From a virus (lineage: Duplodnaviria > Heunggongvirae > Uroviricota > Caudoviricetes): DNA of 64,000 nt. The stretch is from positions 28,490 through 92,489 of the IMG/VR virus record IMGVR_UViG_3300032323_003295, one strand, 5' to 3'. The notes beneath the pieces are model-generated. The model was not told where the DNA came from. It searched no databases and worked only from the letters and a program-made list of their open reading frames with translations. The position numbers and the translations under genes are program-made. Position 1 is the first letter of the stretch; every line of letters starts with the position of its first letter. This document shows, piece by piece, positions 29,135 to 37,985 of this stretch.

Positions 29135-29974
29135 TTAACTAGCATTCAAAAAGTATTCTTTATCAGATTCACAATGAATAAGAAATTCATTATCAGTTAT
29201 GTCATACTCAATAAAAGGATATATTTTCAAAAATTGAATTAATTTTTTATTAACATCTTCAATGGTATGTGGATAATCTAAATAATCTGCTAATTTTTTA
29301 GTAAATATAACTATTCTATCTTCTTCTATAATAACAAAATCTTCCATCTTACAACTGAAAAAATCATGCCAATTATTAATTAGTTCTATACAAAATCCTT
29401 TACTTGCATACTCTTCAAATTCTTTTTGAGTTATACCTAATTGCTCCATCATAAGTTGACCATATTTAGTTTTATGATAACCATATGAGTATCTAATAAT
29501 TGCTTCTTCTGGATAATCTTCAATACCACTCCATCCTGGACCACCTAATAGAACTTTTTTATAATCTAATCCTAATCTCTTAACAGTAAAATATAAATAT
29601 GTATCAATATCACCATTTATTTCTTCAAGTGAACTTTGATGAAGTTCAACAAATATATCTTTATCATCTGAGTCTTTTGCCCATTTACCTACAATTTTAT
29701 CAGCTTCTTTTGAGAATATTTCTTTTATTACATCAAATGTAAATCCTTTAGCATCCATTTCTTTTTGATGTTCTTTATAGTCTTCTTCTGGATCTTGGTT
29801 TTCTCTCTTACATAATGTTGAAAAATTAGGGCCACTACCAAGAACATCAAAAATTGCTTCTTTCCAATCATCTCTCAGTTGTGTAATTTCATCTCTTGTA
29901 TAAGATTTTTTAGCTGATTGGTCAAAATAATCTTCTATACTCTCATTTACAAATTGTCTATATCTTTTTATCAT
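29135..29974 (-). CDS. Hypothetical protein with CTS-like N-terminus (MIKRYRQFVNESIEDYF)
   Basis: 279-aa ORF. Its first 16 residues closely match those of 3957..4916. Confidence 0.6.
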   Translation of the reverse strand: MIKRYRQFVNESIEDYFDQSAKKSYTRDEITQLRDDWKEAIFDVLGSGPNFSTLCKRENQDPEEDYKEHQKEMDAKGFTFDVIKEIFSKEADKIVGKWAKDSDDKDIFVELHQSSLEEINGDIDTYLYFTVKRLGLDYKKVLLGGPGWSGIEDYPEEAIIRYSYGYHKTKYGQLMMEQLGITQKEFEEYASKGFCIELINNWHDFFSCKMEDFVIIEEDRIVIFTKKLADYLDYPHTIEDVNKKLIQFLKIYPFIEYDITDNEFLIHCESDKEYFLNAS

Positions 29975-29989
29975 AACATATATATTAAT

Positions 29990-30997
29990 TTAGAAACTTC
30001 TATTTTTTAAATAGTTAATAAAATTAAAAGAATCATCTATTTTTAATTCAATCATATCATTAGTTATTTCTATATCTATAAAATCTTCCAATCCTTTTTC
30101 TTTTTGAAAATAATGTTCTGCAGGATCCTTTCCAATTTTACTTACTACAACTTTAGTATTTATTTTATAATCCTCAAAGAAATCTCTAAGAGTCGCTGAT
30201 ACTCTTAAACCAACATTATCATTATCAGAAACAATTACTATACTTGATGGTTTCTTCTCAAGTATTCTATATAATTGTATTGCACTCCACATTGCACTGG
30301 AACAACTTACAGACTTTCTACCAAGCTTTCTAAGTGCCATCATATCAAATATACCCTCAGTTATCCAAATCTCTTCTCCTTCATTTATATTGTCTAATCC
30401 CCAAACTGGAATATCAGGACAAGCTAATGAGTACTTTAGTGTTTTAGTTCTTGGTGGATCAAACTTTTCTGTTAGATTATCTTTACCTATATTTAATTTT
30501 CTTATAGCACAATTAACAAGTTTATCATTTTCAAAAAGAGGAATGATAATACCACCATTTTCAATACCATCATCTAAGAATTGTTTTAATACAGGATGTG
30601 ATGTTGCACCAATCATTTTAAGATGTTCTAAGTCAATAATAGAAGACAGACCTAATAACTTATATTCTAAAATAGTTTGTTCACCTATACCTCTACTAAT
30701 AAGATATTCAAATTCATCTTGACTAAAGTTTCCAATATTTTTTATTATCAAACTGGTTAGATTTTCTAAATCTTTTGGTGTAACAATCACATCATCAGCT
30801 GTTGAATTTAATTCTTTAATATTTACTTCAACCATTCTATTGTCAGATGAAAAATTCTCCTTAACTTTGTCTAAGATTTTTTCAATTCTAATTATTTTAA
30901 GTGGATTAATGTCTGTAGGTAGAAAGTTTTTGACTACTCCATTAACTGATCGATTATTGTAAAGTATGAATCCTAATTCTTCAATAGTATATTTCAT
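29990..30997 (-). CDS. Toprim-domain protein (DnaG-like primase C-terminal region; probable primase component)
   Basis: Toprim acidic motifs IWITEGIFDMMAL (E) and IVIVSDNDNVG (DxD). No N-terminal zinc-binding domain. Confidence 0.6.
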   Translation of the reverse strand: MKYTIEELGFILYNNRSVNGVVKNFLPTDINPLKIIRIEKILDKVKENFSSDNRMVEVNIKELNSTADDVIVTPKDLENLTSLIIKNIGNFSQDEFEYLISRGIGEQTILEYKLLGLSSIIDLEHLKMIGATSHPVLKQFLDDGIENGGIIIPLFENDKLVNCAIRKLNIGKDNLTEKFDPPRTKTLKYSLACPDIPVWGLDNINEGEEIWITEGIFDMMALRKLGRKSVSCSSAMWSAIQLYRILEKKPSSIVIVSDNDNVGLRVSATLRDFFEDYKINTKVVVSKIGKDPAEHYFQKEKGLEDFIDIEITNDMIELKIDDSFNFINYLKNRSF

Positions 30998-31065
30998 AAA
31001 TAATTATATAAAAAAATTTTGTGATGATTAATAAAATGTATATATTTGTACTCTAAATTATAAAA

Positions 31066-31680
31066 ATGATAAAAGTAGGACTTTCTGGCAATAGATACTC
31101 TGGTAAAACTAGAGTGGCTAATTTATTTAAACAAATAGGTATTCCTGTATTTGATGCAGATACTGTACTACGTTTTATATTAAACTACAATTGGGAATTA
31201 TTAGGTGAGATTAAAGAAGAATTAGGAAGTGAAATCTTCCAAGGTGACTACTTAAATTTCAGAGAAATTAAAAACCCAGAAGTGTTCAACAACATACTAA
31301 AAATGGTTGGACCTGATATTTTCAGAGCTTATGAAAGGTTCAACAAAAAACAAACTTCAATATACACTATTTTCCATTCATCTATCTTGTTTGAAACAGG
31401 TTGGGATAAAAATATGGATAGAAGTATCAGTATATTTGCTTCTCATACAGATAGAATTAGCAGATGTAAACAACTTACTAAAATGGGTTTATTACAAATC
31501 AATGATTTATCAAAGACTGAAATGGATCAACTTGAAAAAAATAGACTATCTGACTATACAATCCATAATTATAATGATGAAACATCAGCTTTTGGTGATA
31601 CTTTTAATCAAGTATGTAAAGTTGACCAAAAGATTATTGACACCTATTTATTTAATGAAGCCACTAAAAGAGTAATTTAA
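31066..31680 (+). CDS. coaE: Dephospho-CoA kinase-like P-loop kinase
   Basis: MIKVGLSGNRYSGKTRVANLFKQIGIPVFDADTV parallels CoaE GLTGGIGSGKST...VIDAD. 204 aa. Confidence 0.65.
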   Translation: MIKVGLSGNRYSGKTRVANLFKQIGIPVFDADTVLRFILNYNWELLGEIKEELGSEIFQGDYLNFREIKNPEVFNNILKMVGPDIFRAYERFNKKQTSIYTIFHSSILFETGWDKNMDRSISIFASHTDRISRCKQLTKMGLLQINDLSKTEMDQLEKNRLSDYTIHNYNDETSAFGDTFNQVCKVDQKIIDTYLFNEATKRVI

Positions 31681-31681
31681 T

Positions 31682-32098
31682 ATGAAGAAAATTAGACTGA
31701 AATGTGTTGAAAAAACACCAAGTAAATTAGCATTTGTTAAGTTATTAAAAGAGGTAACAGGTTATGGTTTAAAAGAATCTAAAGATATTGCAGATACTTT
31801 TGATTATGATATTAATAAAGTTGTTGAGTTTGAAATATTAAGAGATAAAAGTATTGACCAGTTTAGAAAAGACTTGAGAGAAATTGGTGGTCAATATTTA
31901 GTAAATGGTGGTGTTGAGTTTGATAGAGAATACAAATTACTAACATTAGGATTAGGTGAACAAGAAGATTATGTTGACTTTATTTCACAGAACTTAAATT
32001 ATTTTACTAATCAACAAGAAGCTATTAAACTTATACTTACTAAACTAAGTAAAGAAGATTTAATAGAAATAACAAATAAATTAGATTATACTTTATAA
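31682..32098 (+). CDS. Ribosomal protein L7/L12 C-terminal-domain-like protein
   Basis: KLAFVKLLKEVTGYGLKESKDIADT...VVEFEILRDKSIDQFRKDLREIGG parallels L7/L12 CTD [24 protein letters not shown]...SKEEAEALKKALEEAGA. No N-terminal dimerisation/L10-binding region. Extra ~60-aa C-terminal extension. Confidence 0.55.
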   Translation: MKKIRLKCVEKTPSKLAFVKLLKEVTGYGLKESKDIADTFDYDINKVVEFEILRDKSIDQFRKDLREIGGQYLVNGGVEFDREYKLLTLGLGEQEDYVDFISQNLNYFTNQQEAIKLILTKLSKEDLIEITNKLDYTL

Positions 32099-32099
32099 A

Positions 32100-32498
32100 A
32101 TGGCAAATGCACACATTCACTCTAAATCATCTGCTAGAAGATTTGGAGGACAATTAGAAGATTATTTAGAAATTCATATTAAAATGGATTGTTCAAAGGC
32201 ATATATCTCTGATAATCGCCACAGAACTTTGACTCACAATTCTTTTTGGATTCATGAAGTAATGATACCTATTTTTGGTTATACCATTACTAACTCTGAT
32301 GGTAAAGAAGTATCAGTAAAAGATATTTGTGAAATACATATTTTAGAAGATTTTGGAATGAGGTTTATTCCAACTGCACAAGATTATCTTGAACATATGG
32401 AATTTCAAGATTGGATGCAAAATGGTATTAAAGATTGTCCATCATCATTCAAGAAATTAAAAGAAAAAGGTAATATTAAAAAAACAATGTTAGACTAA
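32100..32498 (+). CDS. Hypothetical protein
   Basis: 132-aa ORF coupled to its neighbours (TAAAATG and ATG overlaps). Confidence 0.5.
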   Translation: MANAHIHSKSSARRFGGQLEDYLEIHIKMDCSKAYISDNRHRTLTHNSFWIHEVMIPIFGYTITNSDGKEVSVKDICEIHILEDFGMRFIPTAQDYLEHMEFQDWMQNGIKDCPSSFKKLKEKGNIKKTMLD

Positions 32499-33223
32499 TG
32501 GTAATGGTAGTAATTTGTAAAAAAGCAACTATAAAATTGGTAAAGGGTTTACCATATCAAGTAGTTGCATTAGAGAATAGTAAAAGAGATAGATTTGGTA
32601 GAGTTTGTATTAAAGATATGGGTTGGTATACAGTCAATAACTTTGAAACTACTGATGGTAAACCTTTGCCTAAAATTGACATAGCCAGAAAAGTGGAGAC
32701 TATTGAAGAAAGATTAGAGTTTTCACAATTATCAAAAGGAGATATTCTTATCTGTAAAAGTGATAGTTATAAATCTTTAATTAAAGGTAGTATGTATAAG
32801 ATAAGTGAATTATCAAGTGTTAGTAAACAAATGAAAAATTGGAGTGGTGGTACTTATACACATATTGATAATTATGTTAGATTTGAAGGAGTATCAAGAA
32901 AACTAATGTTTAGTTCTTGGAGATTTAAGAAACTACCTACTGACCAAGCAAGAGAAATGACACTTGAACAAATTCTTAATGATGCACCTGATAAAGTTAC
33001 AAGAACTGATTTTAAAAATCTAAGGAAGATTGAACACATTGAAAACAAAAATGAAGAATTAATGTTAGTTCTGGCAAAATCTATATTGGATGGAAATAGA
33101 CATAAGTTAAGTATTGTTGAATGGGCGGTACAACAATTAGGTAGAAAGATGGATTTACAAAGAAGTGATTATAGTCATTTAATGAATATGAAACTTAAAG
33201 ATATTTTAAAACTAATTGATTAA
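32498..33223 (+). CDS. Hypothetical protein
   Basis: 241-aa ORF. It ends in a (TAA)6 microsatellite at 33222-33242. Confidence 0.5.
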   Translation: MVMVVICKKATIKLVKGLPYQVVALENSKRDRFGRVCIKDMGWYTVNNFETTDGKPLPKIDIARKVETIEERLEFSQLSKGDILICKSDSYKSLIKGSMYKISELSSVSKQMKNWSGGTYTHIDNYVRFEGVSRKLMFSSWRFKKLPTDQAREMTLEQILNDAPDKVTRTDFKNLRKIEHIENKNEELMLVLAKSILDGNRHKLSIVEWAVQQLGRKMDLQRSDYSHLMNMKLKDILKLID

Positions 33224-33322
33224 TAATAATAATAATAATAGAATACAAGACCAATTTCAAAAAGTGATTTGTTGACACTAATTTCAACAAAAAATAAAAA
33301 CAAAAATAAAAACAATTAAATT

Positions 33323-35221
33323 ATGGTAACACAAATTTTGGCCTATTGGCCTTGGATGCTCTTAGTAGTATCAGTACTTATGTACAAATTCATTTTTAGA
33401 GTATTTTTTGGACTAGTTATTGTTCCTGAGAACAAAGTTGGTCTAGTAACAAAAAAGTTTGTACTTTTTGGTGCAAATAAAGAACTAAGTGGAGATAGAA
33501 TTATTGCAGTAAATGGAGAAGCAGGTTTACAAGCAAAAATGTTAGAGACCGGTTTACACTGGTGGATGTGGCCTTGGCAATACTCTGTTGATATGCAAGG
33601 ATTTATAGTTATTCCAGAAGGACACATTGGTTTGATTTCAGCTAAAGATGGTAAAGTTCCACAAACAGGACGTATCTTAGGTCGTAGAGTTGAGTGTGAA
33701 GATTATCAAGATGCAGAAGCATTTATTAAAAATGGTGGTCAGAAAGGTCGTCAAGCAGCTTATATTACAAATGGTAGTTATAAAATCAATACATTCTTAT
33801 TTGAAATATCAACTACAAAACAAGTAAGTGTACAAGAGAATATGGTTGGTATTGTTACAACATTAGATGGTGAACCACTTAGTAAAGACCAAATTGCTGG
33901 TGATAAAGTAGAAGGTCATAACAACTTCCAAGACTTTGATGCTTTCTTATCAGAAGGTGGAAATAGAGGTTTACAAACACAAGTTATTCAAGCAGGTTCT
34001 TATAACCTTAATCCTTGGGCTGTTCAAGTTGAAGAAGTACAAATGACAGAAATTCCAATTGGTCACTGTGGTGTTGTTATTTCTTATGTTGGTGCTGATG
34101 GTGTTGATGTAACTGGTGCTGGATTTAAACATGGTAACTTAGTATCTAAAGGACAAAAAGGTGTTTGGGCAGAGCCACTTGGACCTGGTAAGTATGCAAT
34201 TAATGTATATACTAATACAATTGAGATTGTTCCAACAACTAACTTAGTTCTTAACTGGGCAAATGCAAGAACTGAATCTCATAATTTAGATAAAGGATTG
34301 AGTACAATTACAGTACGTTCTAAAGATGGTTTCCCATTTAACTTAGATGTATCTCAAATTATTCACATTCCAATGGCAGAAGCACCAAAAGTAATTGCAC
34401 GTTTTGGATCTACACAGGCACTTGTATCTCAAGTATTAGAACCTACAATTGGTAACTACTTCCGTAACTCTGCACAAAATTCAGATGTTATTGCATTCTT
34501 ATCTACTCGTCAATCAAGACAAGATGCTGCCAAAGAAGCTATTTCATCTGTACTTGAAGAGTATAATGTACACGCTGTAGATACACTAATTGGAGACATT
34601 ACTCCACCAGAATCATTGATGAAAACATTAACAGATCGTAAGATTGCAGAAGAGCAAAAAACAACTTATGAGACACAAAAAATGGCTCAGATTCAAAGAC
34701 AAACTCTTGAAAAAGAAACTGCAATTGCAGATATGCAAAGTGAAGTTGTTAAGGCAAATCAAGGTGTGGAAATCTCTGAAAGACTTGCTGATGCAGAAGT
34801 TAAGAAAGCAACAGGTGCTGCTAGTTCAGTGAAGATTGCTGCAGAAGCTAATGCTGAAGCAACTAAATTAAATGCAGAAGCTGAAGCAACAAGAAAAACT
34901 CTTATTGGAGAAGCTGATGCAAATGCCATCTTGGCAGTAGGTACTTCTACAGCAGAAGCTTACAAATTGGCAGTTAATGCAATGGGTAAAGATAACTTTA
35001 CTACATTCAAAGTAACAGAAGAGATTGGTAAAGGTAAAGTGAAAATTATGCCTGACTTATTAATCAATGGTAGTGGACAAGGTGGTAATGGTTCATTAGA
35101 TGGATTACTTGGAATGCAAATCATGGAAATGATGGGTAAAGGTATGAAACCTGCAAATAACAACAATATTGTTGACATTCCAGCAGTTGATGAAACTACT
35201 GACAAGAAAGGTAAAAAATAA
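33323..35221 (+). CDS. Flotillin-like SPFH/Band-7 membrane protein (YqiK/FloT-like)
   Basis: N-terminal TM helix WPWMLLVVSVLMYKFIFRVFFGLVIV, an SPFH core, and a C-terminal coiled coil with the Glu-Ala-rich flotillin repeat AEANAEATKLNAEAEATRKTLIGEADANAILAVG. 632 aa. Confidence 0.8.
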   Translation: MVTQILAYWPWMLLVVSVLMYKFIFRVFFGLVIVPENKVGLVTKKFVLFGANKELSGDRIIAVNGEAGLQAKMLETGLHWWMWPWQYSVDMQGFIVIPEGHIGLISAKDGKVPQTGRILGRRVECEDYQDAEAFIKNGGQKGRQAAYITNGSYKINTFLFEISTTKQVSVQENMVGIVTTLDGEPLSKDQIAGDKVEGHNNFQDFDAFLSEGGNRGLQTQVIQAGSYNLNPWAVQVEEVQMTEIPIGHCGVVISYVGADGVDVTGAGFKHGNLVSKGQKGVWAEPLGPGKYAINVYTNTIEIVPTTNLVLNWANARTESHNLDKGLSTITVRSKDGFPFNLDVSQIIHIPMAEAPKVIARFGSTQALVSQVLEPTIGNYFRNSAQNSDVIAFLSTRQSRQDAAKEAISSVLEEYNVHAVDTLIGDITPPESLMKTLTDRKIAEEQKTTYETQKMAQIQRQTLEKETAIADMQSEVVKANQGVEISERLADAEVKKATGAASSVKIAAEANAEATKLNAEAEATRKTLIGEADANAILAVGTSTAEAYKLAVNAMGKDNFTTFKVTEEIGKGKVKIMPDLLINGSGQGGNGSLDGLLGMQIMEMMGKGMKPANNNNIVDIPAVDETTDKKGKK

Positions 35222-35226
35222 TAAAA

Positions 35227-35265
35227 CCTTTCTTAAAAATAAACCTCTATTTTAATTAATAGAGG
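35227..35265 (+). terminator. Rho-independent terminator
   Basis: AACCTCTATT-TTAATT-AATAGAGGTT followed by a T7 run. Confidence 0.7.
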
Positions 35266-35299
35266 TTTTTTTATGTCTAATATTTTTATATATAGTTTT

Positions 35300-35719
35300 A
35301 TGATAATTAAAAAATTTGAAAATTTTAGACCTATTGGTTTGAGAAATGGTAAAACTGAATTAGGTAATCTACAAAAAGAAGTTGAAATTAGAATTGATCT
35401 TGAAAAAATAAGACATGCATCAATTCAACAATATAGACATGGTTTTAATAGACTAAGTGGTAAAATTGAAGACTATGAGATTATAGATTTAGTTGAGAGA
35501 GCAATTGAAGAAATAACAATTGCACTAATGCAGGATAGATATGATATTAAAGATGAAAATGGTAAACCAAATAGATTCATCATCAGAGATAAAGAAACAA
35601 AATTAAATGTAGTTTGTGAACTAAGACCTGGTGAAAATGAGTTTACATTAACAGTTATAACAGTAATGAGAGTAGAACATTTCAGAACTGCAATAGGACA
35701 ATGGGTAGTAGAAGTATAA
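35300..35719 (+). CDS. Hypothetical protein with CTS-like N-terminus (MIIKKFENF); ORF 35273 trimmed to Met10
   Basis: The first ATG of the listed ORF lies inside the terminator T-run. Met10 gives MIIKKFENFRPIG, which matches the shared N-terminal family. A bidirectional terminator follows. Confidence 0.5.
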   Translation: MIIKKFENFRPIGLRNGKTELGNLQKEVEIRIDLEKIRHASIQQYRHGFNRLSGKIEDYEIIDLVERAIEEITIALMQDRYDIKDENGKPNRFIIRDKETKLNVVCELRPGENEFTLTVITVMRVEHFRTAIGQWVVEV

Positions 35720-35721
35720 AA

Positions 35722-35752
35722 AAAACCTCATATTTTCATATGAGGTTTTTTA
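35722..35752. terminator. Bidirectional rho-independent terminator between convergent genes
   Basis: CCTCATAT-TTTC-ATATGAGG flanked by A-run and T-run. Confidence 0.7.
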
Positions 35753-35765
35753 TTTGAATTAGATA

Positions 35766-36857
35766 TTATCCAATAGTAAGAAAGATTTTTCTTGATGAGC
35801 GGTCAACACTCAAAACTTTCACTCTAATATCTTGTCCAGATGTGAACTTCTTACCAAGTTTCTCCATTTCTGATGTGTGGATTAATCCAACTGTTTCATC
35901 ATCTAAGATAACTAAAGTACCAAATTGTTTAACATCTTTTACTCTACCTTCAATCAGTTGACCATTTTTGATAGTGTCCCATAAAGTTTCTCTCAAAACT
36001 TGAGTAAGGATAATCTTATCTTTGATAATCTCTTTGATATAGAATTCAATTTCTTGTCCTGGTTTGATTTCAGAAATTCTGTTTTGCCACTCTTCTGTTA
36101 CATTAGCTTTGTGGATCATACCTGTTAGACATTCATTAAACTCAACAAAGATACCAAATGGTGTAGTTCCAGTAACTCTACCACCATATAAGGTGTTGAA
36201 CTCAAGATTACTGATTTCATCAGGAATCAAGCTTTGTAGATACTTTCTACGACTTACTATGTAAGTTCCTTCATGTTCAGAGAATGACTCAACCATTACT
36301 TGGAAAGTATCTCCAATAATAGAACTTGGGTCATAAAGTTTGTTGATACCTGCTAAGGTATTAGGCATAAACGCAGGAAGAGTAACTCCTCCATTTGTTA
36401 ACTCTACATCGTAACCTGCAGGGTTTAATGCTCTAATATAAGCAGTTACTGATTCTCCTTCCTCTAAAGACTTCATATTTTCATGAGCTCTAGATTCATA
36501 TAAAGAAGCAATACTTCCTTTGATGAAGTAAGTACTTTGTACTACCTCAGTGATTAACAAATCAACTTGTTCTCCAATTTCAATGGAGTTAAGATATTTT
36601 GCTTCACCTGGTTTGTTCTCAATACGAACATCATCTTTGTAACCAACAACACTGAACACATACTGATTAGACATCATACCCAAATAAGTAGATCTTACTA
36701 CTGAACCAGCAGATGGAGTTTCTATTTGAATAGAGTCATAAAGTGAATCAAGGTATTTATCTTGTAACTTTTGTCCTTTTTTATATGTATCTTCTGCATA
36801 TAAAAGGTCAAAGTCTGGATTACCTAATTCTGGATTTAAAATTTCATTTTGTGTCAT
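35766..36857 (-). CDS. Ribosomal protein S1-like protein with multiple S1 RNA-binding domains
   Basis: 363 aa with about four S1-like OB-fold repeats, e.g. GQLIEGRVKDVKQFGTLVILDDETVGLIHTSEMEKLGKKFTSGQDIRVKVLSVDRSSRKIFLT. Confidence 0.75.
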   Translation of the reverse strand: MTQNEILNPELGNPDFDLLYAEDTYKKGQKLQDKYLDSLYDSIQIETPSAGSVVRSTYLGMMSNQYVFSVVGYKDDVRIENKPGEAKYLNSIEIGEQVDLLITEVVQSTYFIKGSIASLYESRAHENMKSLEEGESVTAYIRALNPAGYDVELTNGGVTLPAFMPNTLAGINKLYDPSSIIGDTFQVMVESFSEHEGTYIVSRRKYLQSLIPDEISNLEFNTLYGGRVTGTTPFGIFVEFNECLTGMIHKANVTEEWQNRISEIKPGQEIEFYIKEIIKDKIILTQVLRETLWDTIKNGQLIEGRVKDVKQFGTLVILDDETVGLIHTSEMEKLGKKFTSGQDIRVKVLSVDRSSRKIFLTIG

Positions 36858-36909
36858 ATTTATTTAATTTAAGTGTTTAAGTTTTATTAGTAAAATTGAA
36901 AAAGTTTAG

Positions 36910-37257
36910 TTATCTCAATCTTTTTATTTTATTTTTTGTCATATAATCTCTAAGTTTTGCAGCTTCTTCAAATTTTTCATTCTTAATAAGCTCATCCATT
37001 TTAATATTAGCTTCCTTAGTTATTTCTTCTACAGACTTTTTGGATTTTTTAATATCCAATATAGAATTGTAGAACTCATTCATTTCTGTTATATCAGTAA
37101 AATATTTATTGTTTTCTAATTTATCAGTCTTTGATATTTTATTATAAAAATCTTTTGTTAGTGCAGAGTTATCCATTAGATACTTGGCAAGATGATAAGG
37201 TCTATTTTTAAATAGTTTTAGAAAATTTACAAGATTGTTTTGAAACTCTTCATTCAT
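36910..37257 (-). CDS. Small protein with C-terminal UVR motif
   Basis: DELIKNEKFEEAAKLRDYM matches the UvrB/UvrC-type UVR motif. Confidence 0.45.
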   Translation of the reverse strand: MNEEFQNNLVNFLKLFKNRPYHLAKYLMDNSALTKDFYNKISKTDKLENNKYFTDITEMNEFYNSILDIKKSKKSVEEITKEANIKMDELIKNEKFEEAAKLRDYMTKNKIKRLR

Positions 37258-37287
37258 AACTTTTTTATGAAATTACATTGATTAAGT

Positions 37288-37977
37288 TTATATTTTCTCA
37301 AATATAATGTTAAAATAATAATCAAATCTATAAGTTGAACTTGGTTTTTCTTGGTTAAAAGTAACTTTAATTGAAGACTCATCAAACTCAGTTTCAGTTT
37401 GTAACTTAGTTAAAAGATTAGAAGTATTTATAGAATTTTTATTCCATGTATTATTATATCTAAGAGTATTTTGATTTCTCAAATCAACATAGTTTATATA
37501 CAATTGAATAGTTTTATATCTATATCTATTAAGAATATTATAATTTATGTAACTCTTAATTGCAGTATCTGTATTTGCATAAATGTTCATGTCATTTTTA
37601 ATCCCCTCAAAAGTTCTAAACTTTTTAAGTGTTGCAAATAAGTAATCAGTTATTATAGTCTTTAAATCTATTGTCAATATCCATCTTGTATTATTATCCA
37701 ATTGAGATTTTGGTTGAGATGGATCTAAAACTAAAGTATGATTACTTTTTTTATTATCACTAGATGAGTAAACAATAGATGCAAATGATGATTCAATTGA
37801 AAGGTCCAATTGCTCACCATTCTGATTTTGATAGTATATTATATCTAAAGTATCTATAACTATACTATCTTCTATTTCTAACATCTTTGCACCAAAAAAT
37901 GTACTTTCTTCAAGCATGTTTAATGTTCCATATACTGCTTTAGTTTGATACTCTGGTGATATATAACTTCTTCTCAT
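37288..37977 (-). CDS. Hypothetical structural protein
   Basis: 229-aa ORF immediately downstream of, and co-oriented with, the two large structural genes. Confidence 0.5.
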   Translation of the reverse strand: MRRSYISPEYQTKAVYGTLNMLEESTFFGAKMLEIEDSIVIDTLDIIYYQNQNGEQLDLSIESSFASIVYSSSDNKKSNHTLVLDPSQPKSQLDNNTRWILTIDLKTIITDYLFATLKKFRTFEGIKNDMNIYANTDTAIKSYINYNILNRYRYKTIQLYINYVDLRNQNTLRYNNTWNKNSINTSNLLTKLQTETEFDESSIKVTFNQEKPSSTYRFDYYFNIIFEKI

Positions 37978-37985
37978 TTCTTCTT

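Noticed and set aside
30390-34832. ORFs 30390..30722, 31307..31675, 33343..33627, 34644..34832, 34960..35205 and 36064..36264
   Set aside because: Each is fully nested in, or antisense to, a gene with recognisable domains (Toprim, CoaE-like, flotillin, S1). No independent support.
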